NCBI GenBank assembly: GCA_002378195.1
Contig: DFRJ01000002.1
Span: 204,816 to 268,815 of the forward strand
Reading direction: 5' to 3'
From: Patescibacteria group bacterium UBA3466
GTDB lineage: Bacteria > Patescibacteriota > Minisyncoccia > Phycocordibacterales > UBA918
DNA length: 64,000 bases
The translations under genes and the position numbers were made by a program. This document shows positions 18,467 to 26,894 of this stretch, piece after piece. The notes under the pieces are model-generated. The model did not search any database. It had not been told where the DNA came from and saw nothing but the letters and a program-made list of their open reading frames with translations. How positions within the stretch are numbered: the first letter of the stretch is position 1; each line of letters opens with the position of its first letter.

Positions 18467-18892
18467 TTATTCTGTGTAAAAATTATGCACGGCCGATGTG
18501 GTGGCGTCCTGCACGTGTCTAAATCTATCTCCCATGAGTTTCACTCCCCCAAACCAACGAGTGACACAAATCACACAGTCAACCACTTCTTGCTTTTGCA
18601 TCACTCGCAGAATAACCATACCGGCTCCAGTTTCACCGTCATCTGCTTTAGTTTCATAAATTGCGCCGTCTCTTTCGATACGTGCTGCCCAAGTATTGTG
18701 AGTAGCTTTGGCGTATTTTTTGTCTTTCTTAAGTCGCGTCAGGAAATCCTTTATTTCCTGACGCGACTTAACGTAACCATAGCTGACTGAATATTTACTA
18801 CCTCTATCTATAATTATATTTTCTAACAGGACAAAATCTTCTCGAGGTATTTTGTTGTCTTCAAAATTAAATCTGGTTGATTGAGTGGGCAT
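18467..18892 (-). CDS. yigZ: YigZ/IMPACT-family protein.
   Basis: RGSKYSVSYGYV...ATHNTWAAR...DDGETGAGMVILRVM...TRWFGGVKLG are IMPACT N-domain signatures. Confidence 0.8.
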   Translation of the reverse strand: MPTQSTRFNFEDNKIPREDFVLLENIIIDRGSKYSVSYGYVKSRQEIKDFLTRLKKDKKYAKATHNTWAARIERDGAIYETKADDGETGAGMVILRVMQKQEVVDCVICVTRWFGGVKLMGDRFRHVQDATTSAVHNFYTE

Positions 18893-18894
18893 GA

Positions 18895-19953
18895 TTAGAT
18901 GCCCTCATCTCTTAATTCTTCAATTATTTTTTTAGCTTTGCGTGATAGTTTTTTTGGAGTTTCGATAGAAATTTTGACCATAAAGTCACCACGTGAATTG
19001 TTGTATGGTACTCCTTTACCTTTGATACGTAGAAGTTCGCCGTGAGCAATGCCAGCAGGGATTTTGATATCAACTTTTCCATCTAGTGTCTCGACGTTGT
19101 ACGTGCCACCAAGGAGCGCATCGGTTAGTTTGATAGATAGATTTGCAGTCAGAGTGGTGCCATCGCGTTTAATGTTCGCATGGTGCTCAACATGTACTTT
19201 AATGTACATGTCACCCGGTTGTCCGTGCGGTATCGCTTCCCCTCTTCCCGTCATGCGGATTACTTCCCCATTCTGGATGCCGGCAGGAACTTTGATTACG
19301 ACCTCCTCCTCAGATCTTGTGACACCATTACCTGAACACTCGCTACATTTTTCCTCTGGTACTGTACCCAGGCCATGACAGGCATCACATTCACGTACGG
19401 TTGTGAAGGCTCCCATGATGCTTTGACGTTGTTCTCGCACCTTCCCCTGTCCGCCACAAACATCACAAGACTTAGTGTTGGTCCCCAGTTTAGCGCCTTT
19501 TCCGTCGCAGGTCTTACAACTGTTGTTCTTAGTGATGAGGAGTTTTCGTTCCACTCCAAAAATCGATTCTTCAAATGATAGATTGATGTCAATAGAGACA
19601 TCACGTCCACGTTTTGTTTGCTGTCCACCACCACCAAAGCCGAAGTTAGAAAAGATATCGTTAATATCGAATTCGAATCCTTGACCGTTGAAACCTTGTG
19701 CTCCGTTAAAGTCAAAACCACCAAAGCCGCCTCCGGCCGCACCATTAAACGACTGGCCGTAGGTGTCATATTCTGCCTTCTTTTTATCATCTCCTAGAAC
19801 AGCGTAGGCTTCAGTTACTTCCTTGTATTTTTCTTCGTCACCAGTTGCTTTGTCTGGGTGGTATTTTGAAGCCATTTTTCGAAAAGCTTTTTTCACCTCG
19901 TCTTTGTTAGCTCCTTTTTCGATTCCTAGTATTTGGTAGTAGTCTTTTGACAT
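18895..19953 (-). CDS. dnaJ: Chaperone DnaJ.
   Basis: A J-domain (YYQILGI...HPDK), a G/F region, and 4x CxxCxGxG zinc fingers. Confidence 0.95.
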   Translation of the reverse strand: MSKDYYQILGIEKGANKDEVKKAFRKMASKYHPDKATGDEEKYKEVTEAYAVLGDDKKKAEYDTYGQSFNGAAGGGFGGFDFNGAQGFNGQGFEFDINDIFSNFGFGGGGQQTKRGRDVSIDINLSFEESIFGVERKLLITKNNSCKTCDGKGAKLGTNTKSCDVCGGQGKVREQRQSIMGAFTTVRECDACHGLGTVPEEKCSECSGNGVTRSEEEVVIKVPAGIQNGEVIRMTGRGEAIPHGQPGDMYIKVHVEHHANIKRDGTTLTANLSIKLTDALLGGTYNVETLDGKVDIKIPAGIAHGELLRIKGKGVPYNNSRGDFMVKISIETPKKLSRKAKKIIEELRDEGI

Positions 19954-20067
19954 ATCGTTACTTTGTTTACGAGTGGCTTGTGTTGAAAGTCAGAGAGTAG
20001 CGACTATGCACGGGAGGGTTTGGCTGGGGCGTGCAAGGAGCGTACGATTCGACTTTTAACCAAGGTA

Positions 20068-20120
20068 CTCACTATAACTCTTACGAGCTTTATAGTGAGC
20101 AGAACTTGTTCTGCTCACTA
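20068..20120. promoter_or_regulatory. Nested palindromes between dnaK and dnaJ, CIRCE-like in architecture. They may be an operator or an RNA stem.
   Basis: A perfect 13-bp inverted repeat TAGTGAGCAGAAC-tt-GTTCTGCTCACTA (20093-20120) plus CTCACTATA...TATAGTGAG (20068-20099). No T-run follows on either strand. Confidence 0.5.
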
Positions 20121-20128
20121 AAAGTTCA

Positions 20129-22048
20129 TTAGTCTTTTTTCTCTTCGTCCTTGTTCACTTCTTCAGCATCACGCACCACTGGCTCTTCAGCAGCACTTTC
20201 TCCTCCTTCTGCTGGAGTGTCACCAGCATTCTTTTGTGCTTCTTCAGCTGCCTTTTGCATAATTTCACCAATCTTCTGCAGGGATGCGGTAAGTTCTTCT
20301 ACTGCTTTAGCCAAAGCTTCCTTATCTTCTTTGTCCTTGACTTCGTTCACTGCTTTAATTTTGTCTTCGATTTCTTTCTTCACATCTTCAGGTACCTCCT
20401 TTTCGTGATCTTTGAGTGCTTTTTCTGCTGTGTACACCATTTGCTCAGCGTTGTTACGCGCGTCAATCATTTCCTTTTTCTTTTCGTCTTCAGCTGCATG
20501 TTCCTCGGCGTCCTTCTTCATCTTTTCGATATCGTCGTCAGTGAGTCCAGAGTTGGCTTCAATGCGAATTGATTGCTCTTTGCCTGTAGATTTGTCTTTG
20601 GCTGTTACGTTCAGTACACCGTTTGAGTCTACGTCAAAAGTCACTTCTACCTGTGGCACACCGCGTGGAGCTGGAGGAATTCCATCGAGTACAAAGCGAC
20701 CGAGCGACTTATTGTCTGTCGACATTGGTCGTTCACCTTGAGTGATGTGGATCTCAGTAGAGGTTTGGTTGTCAGCAGCCGTTGAGAAAACCTGCGACTT
20801 CTTGGTTGGAATGTGGGTGTTTTTCTCAATGAGTTTAGTTGCTACGCCTCCCATTGTTTCGATACCAAGAGAAAGAGGGATTACATCAACAAGAGTAATG
20901 TCTTGCACATCCCCTTGGAAGATACCAGCTTGAATTGCCGCACCGTTTGCTACCACTTCATCTGGATTGATGCTGCGGTTTGGATCCTTACCAAATAGCT
21001 CCTTCACGGCTGCTTGTACTGCTGGCATTCTGGTCTGACCACCAACTAGGATAATTTCATCAATCTCATCTTTATTGAATGATGAAGCCTCTAAAGCACG
21101 TTTTGTAATTTCGATTGATTTGTCGATATATTCGTGAGCAATTTCTTCCAGTTTGGCTCGGGTGAGCGTTACGTCCATGTGGAGCGGTCCATCGCTGCCT
21201 TGAGAAATGAACGGAATGTTTATGTTGGTTTCCGTAGTTGAAGACAGTTCCAGCTTCGCTTTTTCTGCTTCGTCATCGAGACGCTGTAGAGCCAGCTTGT
21301 CCTTACTTAGGTCGACACCATTTGAGCTCTTAAATTCATCAATTAAAAACTTAACGATGCCCCGGTCGATGTCTCGACCACCCATGTGCGAGTCGCCGTC
21401 AGTAGATTGTACTTCCACCACGTCATCTCCCACCTCAAGTACGGTTACGTCGAAGGTTCCCCCTCCGAAGTCGTATACTACGATCTTCTCGTCTTTTTTC
21501 TTATTGAATCCGTAGGCCAGAGCAGCAGCAGTTGGTTCGTTGATGATTCGTTTCACCTCCAGACCGGCAATCTTTCCAGCGTCTTGAGTAGCTTTTCGTT
21601 GTGAGTCATTGAAGTAGGCTGGCACGGTAATAACTGCTTCGGTAATGGTTTCGCCCAGCTTTGCTTCAGCGTCAGCCTTAAGCTTTGAGAGAATCATTGC
21701 TGACACTTCTTCTGGTCGATAGTCTTTGTCTCCCATAGTGACAACAGCACCACCGTCTTCTCCCTTCTTGATCTCGTAAGGGACGATGTCTTTATCTTTT
21801 TGTACTACGTCGTCTTCGTAGTTGTGACCCATAAAACGCTTAATACCGTAAATGGTATTAGTTGGATTGGTTACACTCTGTCGCTTGGCAATCTGCCCCA
21901 CAAGACGTTCATTGGTCTTTGAGATTGCAACAATAGAAGGAGTCGTTCGAGTTCCTTCGCTGTTTTCTATAATAGTAGGTTCACCCGCTTCAATTACAGC
22001 CATGGCTGAGTTGGTGGTACCTAAGTCAATTCCTAAAATTTTTCCCAT
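20129..22048 (-). CDS. dnaK: Chaperone DnaK (Hsp70).
   Basis: [21 protein letters not shown], and an acidic C-terminal tail. Confidence 0.97.
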   Translation of the reverse strand: MGKILGIDLGTTNSAMAVIEAGEPTIIENSEGTRTTPSIVAISKTNERLVGQIAKRQSVTNPTNTIYGIKRFMGHNYEDDVVQKDKDIVPYEIKKGEDGGAVVTMGDKDYRPEEVSAMILSKLKADAEAKLGETITEAVITVPAYFNDSQRKATQDAGKIAGLEVKRIINEPTAAALAYGFNKKKDEKIVVYDFGGGTFDVTVLEVGDDVVEVQSTDGDSHMGGRDIDRGIVKFLIDEFKSSNGVDLSKDKLALQRLDDEAEKAKLELSSTTETNINIPFISQGSDGPLHMDVTLTRAKLEEIAHEYIDKSIEITKRALEASSFNKDEIDEIILVGGQTRMPAVQAAVKELFGKDPNRSINPDEVVANGAAIQAGIFQGDVQDITLVDVIPLSLGIETMGGVATKLIEKNTHIPTKKSQVFSTAADNQTSTEIHITQGERPMSTDNKSLGRFVLDGIPPAPRGVPQVEVTFDVDSNGVLNVTAKDKSTGKEQSIRIEANSGLTDDDIEKMKKDAEEHAAEDEKKKEMIDARNNAEQMVYTAEKALKDHEKEVPEDVKKEIEDKIKAVNEVKDKEDKEALAKAVEELTASLQKIGEIMQKAAEEAQKNAGDTPAEGGESAAEEPVVRDAEEVNKDEEKKD

Positions 22049-22064
22049 ATGTACTAAATATCAA

Positions 22065-22667
22065 TTATTCCTTTACAATTCCAGTAGTTACCTTGGCCGG
22101 TCGAATCAATTCTGTCTTGTCTCCAACATTCATCTCGTATCCATTTTGTACTACAGAGATTACTACGTCTTGCTTCTTCTTATCTTCCACTTCTTCCGTA
22201 CCAACAGCTTCGTGTCGCATGGGGTCGAATGTTTCTCCCTCTGCATTGATAACTGATACCTCGTAAGAATCAATAATCCGCATCAGTTGCATATTGATAC
22301 CCTCTACTCCCTTTCGCCATGATTCCGGTGCCTGTTCCCAGGCGTCTTTGTCCTTCATAGCCATCTGGAAGCTGTCACAAAGCGGTAACAATTCTTCTAC
22401 GTGCTGTATTCTTTGGCGTACTCTGTCTCGCACCTTCTCTTCTTCTAGTCGTTTTCTGGCATTGAGAAAGTCTGCCTTAGCTCTTTGTGACTCGTCGAGA
22501 ATCTCCTTCTTCTCGTCATTACACCTTGCTAACTTTTCACGTAGTTTCTTGAGCTTATCAGAGCTCATTTCTTCTTCCTCTTCTAGTTCAGTTTCTTCAA
22601 TTTCAACATTCTCGTCGTTGGTGATTTCCATCTCCAATTCGTCATTTTCATTGTTCATATTCACCAT
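22065..22667 (-). CDS. grpE: GrpE nucleotide exchange factor. The start is revised to MVNMNNEND...
   Basis: A GrpE coiled-coil and C-terminal domain. The 24 tracked N-terminal codons contain the perfect promoter TTGACA-17-TATAAT, so the real start is the ATG 9 nt after the -10 box. Confidence 0.82.
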   Translation of the reverse strand: MVNMNNENDELEMEITNDENVEIEETELEEEEEMSSDKLKKLREKLARCNDEKKEILDESQRAKADFLNARKRLEEEKVRDRVRQRIQHVEELLPLCDSFQMAMKDKDAWEQAPESWRKGVEGINMQLMRIIDSYEVSVINAEGETFDPMRHEAVGTEEVEDKKKQDVVISVVQNGYEMNVGDKTELIRPAKVTTGIVKE

Positions 22668-22676
22668 ACGGCCCGC

Positions 22677-22705
22677 ATTATAAAGCGAATAAACTTCTGT
22701 GTCAA
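22677..22705 (-). promoter_or_regulatory. Perfect consensus sigma70 promoter for grpE-dnaK-dnaJ (near-leaderless).
   Basis: Minus strand TTGACA (rc of 22700-22705), a 17-nt spacer, then TATAAT (rc of 22677-22682). The ATG is at 22665-22667. Confidence 0.7.
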
Positions 22706-22736
22706 AAGAAAAGCCCTGAAGGGAGCCTGACAAACG

Positions 22737-22766
22737 CAAAAGCCAGTCACTGAGTGACTGGCTTTT
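22737..22766. terminator. Hairpin GCCAGTCAC-tgag-GTGACTGGC flanked by A and T runs (a terminator after rpsI and/or an operator upstream of the grpE promoter).
   Basis: A 9-bp GC-rich stem. On the minus strand it is followed by TTTTG. It lies about 30 nt upstream of the -35 box. Confidence 0.6.
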
Positions 22767-22868
22767 GTTCCACTGTGTTGCGAGTGGTAATTATTTACTT
22801 GGTTTCCACGTTGGCCTGCAAAATTTTCTAGGTAAGGAAAATTTTGATCGGCCATCGCTTCGCGAACC

Positions 22869-22898
22869 GAGTAAACGGTAAACATTTACCGTTTACTC
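22869..22898. repeat. Perfect 13-bp palindrome spanning the rpsI stop codon.
   Basis: GAGTAAACGGTAA-acat-TTACCGTTTACTC. Confidence 0.5.
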
Positions 22899-23290
22899 CA
22901 TGCTGGTCGCTTTCGTGCCTTTCGTAGACCGAATTTCTTTCGTTCAACTGATCGCGGATCTCGTTTGAGGAATCCGAGAAGCTTCAGTGGGCTTCGTCGC
23001 TCAGCCTTTTCTTTTACTAGCGCTCGGGCAATACCCAGTCGGATAGCTTCAGCTTGTGAAGAGATACCGCCTCCAACTACCTTGGCAGTAATCATGTAGT
23101 GTTCGATCCCTGCGTCGGGTGTATCTAGTACAGACTGTACATCCTTTTGGTGTGACAGGTTTCCAAAGTATTCAGCAAGTGGCTTGCCGTTTACTGTGAT
23201 TTCTGTTTTTGCTGCTGGAGTAAGTCGTACTCGAGCGGTAGAAGTTTTTCGTCGTCCGATCCCTTCTACGTAAGTGTCTTTTGCTGCCAT
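22886..23290 (-). CDS. rpsI: Ribosomal protein S9.
   Basis: C-terminal GGGISSQAEAIRLGIARAL...RDPRSVERKKFGLRKARKRPAWSKR. Confidence 0.95.
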   Translation of the reverse strand: MAAKDTYVEGIGRRKTSTARVRLTPAAKTEITVNGKPLAEYFGNLSHQKDVQSVLDTPDAGIEHYMITAKVVGGGISSQAEAIRLGIARALVKEKAERRSPLKLLGFLKRDPRSVERKKFGLRKARKRPAWSKR

Positions 23291-23294
23291 ACGC

Positions 23295-23654
23295 TTATTC
23301 TGTGATAGTTAGCTTAGCTAGTAATCGCTTCTTGTGTTTGTTGTTTGGAAGCATGCCTCCAACTGTTCGCTTTACCACTTCGCTGTAGCCAAGTCGCTCA
23401 GCCAGGTGTGAAAGAGTCTCAGTCTTTCGTCCGCCTGGATAACCAGAGTAACTTTGGTAGATTTCTTCCTGCTTCTTTTCAGGAATATCAAGCTTGCTTA
23501 CGTTTGTGATCTCAACAGCTACATCAGCCATGATGTGCTTTGCGAAGTTTGGATCATTCTTACCAAGCATTACTGATGCAGCTTCAGTAGCAACTTTGCC
23601 AAGTCGCTTGCCAGTAGCATCAATAGTGTAGGTGTTTGTAGTTTCTGTAGTCAT
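23295..23654 (-). CDS. rplM: Ribosomal protein L13.
   Basis: DATGKRLGKVATEAASVMLGK...SGYPGG...KRTVGGMLP. The ATG start is at the MTTETT Met. The track's TTG start at 23672 overlaps rplQ. Confidence 0.9.
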   Translation of the reverse strand: MTTETTNTYTIDATGKRLGKVATEAASVMLGKNDPNFAKHIMADVAVEITNVSKLDIPEKKQEEIYQSYSGYPGGRKTETLSHLAERLGYSEVVKRTVGGMLPNNKHKKRLLAKLTITE

Positions 23655-23661
23655 AATAATA

Positions 23662-24018
23662 TTATTCAACAAAAGCGATAATAGCTTCTTCTCGTCCTGG
23701 TGATGTTCGACCTAGTTTTACTACACGTGTGTAGCCACCGTTTCGTTCGGCAAATTTGGGAGCAACTTCTTTGAAAAGTTTGTTGATTACCACGTCCGCT
23801 GGTTCACCTAGTGTGCTGGCAACATGTCGTCGTGCTTGCACGGTGTCTTTCTTGGCGTGGGTAATAAGCTTTTCTATGTTTGGTTGTAACTCTTTAGCCT
23901 TTGCAACTGTAGTTTTGATTTGACCGTCTCGGATCAAAGATACAGCTAAACCGCGTACCAGAGCTGTTCGCCCTCGTCTTGTTCGGCCTAGTGTTCTTTT
24001 GTTATTTGAATGCTTCAT
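23662..24018 (-). CDS. rplQ: Ribosomal protein L17.
   Basis: MKHSNNKRTLGRTRRGRTALVRGLAVSLIRDGQIKTTVAKAKEL. Confidence 0.9.
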   Translation of the reverse strand: MKHSNNKRTLGRTRRGRTALVRGLAVSLIRDGQIKTTVAKAKELQPNIEKLITHAKKDTVQARRHVASTLGEPADVVINKLFKEVAPKFAERNGGYTRVVKLGRTSPGREEAIIAFVE

Positions 24019-24020
24019 AA

Positions 24021-24980
24021 TTATTCTTCAAGTTTGAGATTCATTTTTCCTAGAAGGTCTTGAATCTCTTCTACTCCCTTAGGGCCAATTCCTTCGAGCG
24101 CAAGAATATCATCTTTTTTCTTTCGCACAAGTCCTCCGATAGTTCGGATGCTGGCATCTTCAAGAGATTGTAGGGTTCGGCTGGTAAGGTCAAGTGTTTC
24201 AATTCGCGTCTTTAGTACTTCCTGATCTGGCTCAGCTTCTTCAGCTGGGGCTTCCTCAACTTCAGCTACCTCTGGCTCCTGATGTTGATCTTGGAATCCA
24301 ATGACTGACTTAAGTTGATGAATCATGATCTCAATAGACTTTTCAAGCGCCTCACGGGCTGAGAAAGTACCATCAGTTTCGATAATGATTCGTAGACGGT
24401 TGTAATCAGTTCGATCACCAACACGCATGTTTTCAACTTCGTAATTGGCCCGTCGGATTGGTGTAAATACTGCGTCCATGGCAATAAAACCAATGTCCAT
24501 TTTGTCCTTCTGGTGCACTTCGCGCGGAACGTAGCCAAGACCTCTCTCAATAGTCATTTCGATATTAAGTTCGGTTGTTTTGTTGGTAATTTCTGCAATG
24601 TGCTGGTCTGGACTTAGAATGTCCACTTGTGATGGAGCTTCGATGTCTTTTGCAGTTACTGCACCAGTTCCCTTTTTCTTAAGAGAAATAGTGATAGGTT
24701 CATCTGAGTGTGAGTTGAGACGAATTCGACGCAGGTTAAGAAGGATGGTTATGACGTCTTCCTTTACTCCGCTTAGAGTTGAGAATTCGTGTTCAGCTCC
24801 ATCAATCTTGACCTGTGTAATAGCTGCTCCAGGTAGTGAAGAAAGGATGATTCGACGTAGAGAGTTTCCTAGGGTGTGACCGTAGCCAGGATATAGCCCG
24901 TCAATTTCAAAAACACCTTTGTTATCTTCTTCTGATACAACGCGTGGCTTTGACGGTAGAGTTACATTTGTTTCCAACAT
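24021..24980 (-). CDS. rpoA: RNA polymerase alpha subunit.
   Basis: An NTD ([24 protein letters not shown]) and a C-terminal HhH CTD. Confidence 0.95.
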   Translation of the reverse strand: [319 protein letters not shown]

Positions 24981-25018
24981 AATTTTTTGTGCTAATTATT
25001 TTTGTAATGCTCTAAATC

Positions 25019-25630
25019 CTATCGACTGTAGTACTCAAGAACTTGCTCCGGATCAAACATTGTCTCAGCCGGATTGTACACTGGTAATGATTTCATTGTT
25101 CCTTCCATCTTCTTTACATCAAATGTGACCCATGCCGGTACAGCAGCAGCTTCGTACTTTTCCTTTAGGTCAACAAAGAGTCCAGTTTGACGACTACCCT
25201 CACGGATAGAGATAATGTCACCAGGCTTTACTTTGTGTGACGGAATAGTCATTTTCTTACCGTTTACGCAGATGTGACCGTGTGATGTGATTTGGCGTGC
25301 TAGACGTCGAGTTTTTGCTAGTCCCATACGGTAGATCACATTGTCTAGACGTGATTCCAGTCGCTCCATTAGAAGTGACACAGGTTGATTACTCTTTTCT
25401 ACCGCTTCATCCACGTATCGTCGGAACTGCTTTTCAGAAATACCGTAGATAAATCGCATCTTCTGTTTTTCGATGAGCTGACGCTTGTAGTCACTCATTT
25501 GCCCAGGACGTCGTCCTCGTCGTGCGTTTGCTCCACGTGCTTGCGACAATTCAAACTTTTGAGTTTGAGTTTTTTCAAAGATTGGCGCTCCCAATCGCTT
25601 AGCTATTTTGAATTTTGGTCCAATTTTCAT
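25019..25630 (-). CDS. rpsD: Ribosomal protein S4.
   Basis: An S4 domain RLDNVIYRMGLAKTRRLARQ. Confidence 0.95.
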   Translation of the reverse strand: MKIGPKFKIAKRLGAPIFEKTQTQKFELSQARGANARRGRRPGQMSDYKRQLIEKQKMRFIYGISEKQFRRYVDEAVEKSNQPVSLLMERLESRLDNVIYRMGLAKTRRLARQITSHGHICVNGKKMTIPSHKVKPGDIISIREGSRQTGLFVDLKEKYEAAAVPAWVTFDVKKMEGTMKSLPVYNPAETMFDPEQVLEYYSR

Positions 25631-25637
25631 ACGCTAA

Positions 25638-26069
25638 CTATACTCGTCGAGCCTTAGGAGCTCGAGGTCCATTAAAAGGTACTGGAGTTCGGTCGGTGAT
25701 ACGTGTAATACCGATTCCCTTTCCAGCAAATGCTCGTAATGCAGACTCCCGACCAGCGCCTACTCCTCTAATTGAAACTTCAGCTTCCTTCATACCCATC
25801 TGCTGAGCTTTCTCACCGATGATTTCACCTACTTTTGCAGCTGCAAAAGGGGTACTTTTTCGAGAACCCTTAAATCCAAGGGCTCCTGAAGATGCTGCCA
25901 TCACAGCGTTTCCCTTGTCATCGCAAAGAGTTACTAGTGTGTTATTGAAAGTAGCTAGTATGTTTAGCTTACCGTTGGCTAGTTTTCGCTTTGGAATTCT
26001 ATTCAGAGCTCTTGATGTACCGGCTACGTCTGAGCCGCCGCTCTTTTTTGTTATTCTTTTCTTACCCAT
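25638..26069 (-). CDS. rpsK: Ribosomal protein S11.
   Basis: C-terminal ITDRTPVPFNGPRAPKARRV. Confidence 0.95.
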   Translation of the reverse strand: MGKKRITKKSGGSDVAGTSRALNRIPKRKLANGKLNILATFNNTLVTLCDDKGNAVMAASSGALGFKGSRKSTPFAAAKVGEIIGEKAQQMGMKEAEVSIRGVGAGRESALRAFAGKGIGITRITDRTPVPFNGPRAPKARRV

Positions 26070-26087
26070 ATCTCAATACTATTAATT

Positions 26088-26465
26088 CTACGTCTTCTCT
26101 AGCTTACGCTTACCACTACCCATAGTCTTCTTAGCTCCCTTAAGAGTACGAGCGTTAGTCTTGGTTCGTTGACCACGAGCTGGTAGTCGTCGGGCGTGAC
26201 GGTCCCCTCGGTAAGAACCAATATCCTTTAGTCGCTTGATATTAGCTGTTGTCTGACGCTTTAGTTCACCTTCAATAGCAAAAGCCTCCACCTTGTCGCG
26301 GATAGCGTTCTCTTGATCAGTTGTAAGGTCAGTAGCCTTAGTTGTGTGTTCGATCGATAGCTCGTCGAGTATATCCCTTGATCGAGACAGTCCAATACCA
26401 TACACCTCAGTTAGTGCGTATGATAATTGCTTCTCATCTGGGATAGTAATACCTGAGATTCTCAT
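26088..26465 (-). CDS. rpsM: Ribosomal protein S13.
   Basis: MRISGITIPDEKQLSYALTEVYGIG. Confidence 0.95.
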   Translation of the reverse strand: MRISGITIPDEKQLSYALTEVYGIGLSRSRDILDELSIEHTTKATDLTTDQENAIRDKVEAFAIEGELKRQTTANIKRLKDIGSYRGDRHARRLPARGQRTKTNARTLKGAKKTMGSGKRKLEKT

Positions 26466-26467
26466 AA

Positions 26468-26584
26468 TTATCCTTGTCTTTGCTTATGTCGTGGTTTTTT
26501 CTTGTTGATCACGTAAACAACGCCTCGTCGCTTAACGATTTTGTCGTCAGGACTCATTTTTTTCACAGAAGATCGTACTTTCAT
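26468..26584 (-). CDS. rpmJ: Ribosomal protein L36, cysteine-free (non-zinc) variant. It is missed by the ORF track.
   Basis: The rc translation is [38 protein letters not shown], compared with the canonical MKVRASVKKICRNCK...KHKQRQG. It lies between infA and rpsM as usual, with a 2-nt gap to rpsM. Confidence 0.75.
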   Translation of the reverse strand: MKVRSSVKKMSPDDKIVKRRGVVYVINKKKPRHKQRQG

Positions 26585-26597
26585 AGTGATAATTTGC

Positions 26598-26825
26598 TTA
26601 TAAACGTTTTGTTATTCTGGCTTTTCCGCCATATGGATCGGTCACCATGCCGACTTTATCGCCTACTAGTACGCGAATCCGGAATCGTCGCATTTTACCT
26701 GCAAGGTATGCGAGAACAGGCTCTTCCTCCCCTTCTACGGTGACACGAAAAAGCGCATTAGGTAGTGCTTCTTCTACTACCCCATATACTAAATCGTCCT
26801 TAACCGTTGATGTCTCTTGATCCAT
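26598..26825 (-). CDS. infA: Translation initiation factor IF-1.
   Basis: An S1-like OB fold: [39 protein letters not shown]. Confidence 0.9.
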   Translation of the reverse strand: MDQETSTVKDDLVYGVVEEALPNALFRVTVEGEEEPVLAYLAGKMRRFRIRVLVGDKVGMVTDPYGGKARITKRL

Positions 26826-26837
26826 TAAACGCGAGTG

Positions 26838-26866
26838 ATACTAACAAAAATAGTAAAAACCGTCAA
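26838..26866 (-). promoter_or_regulatory. Candidate promoter upstream of infA.
   Basis: Minus strand TTGACG-17-TAGTAT. Confidence 0.4.
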
Positions 26867-26894
26867 TAGACGCTATTACCAAATTGGGGATATT

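Noticed and set aside
22668-22739. An N-terminal extension of grpE (MRLSGSLQGFSFDTEVYSLYNAGR).
   Set aside because: This stretch encodes a perfect TTGACA-17-TATAAT promoter and is preceded by a terminator hairpin. The downstream ATG gives a normal GrpE N-terminus.
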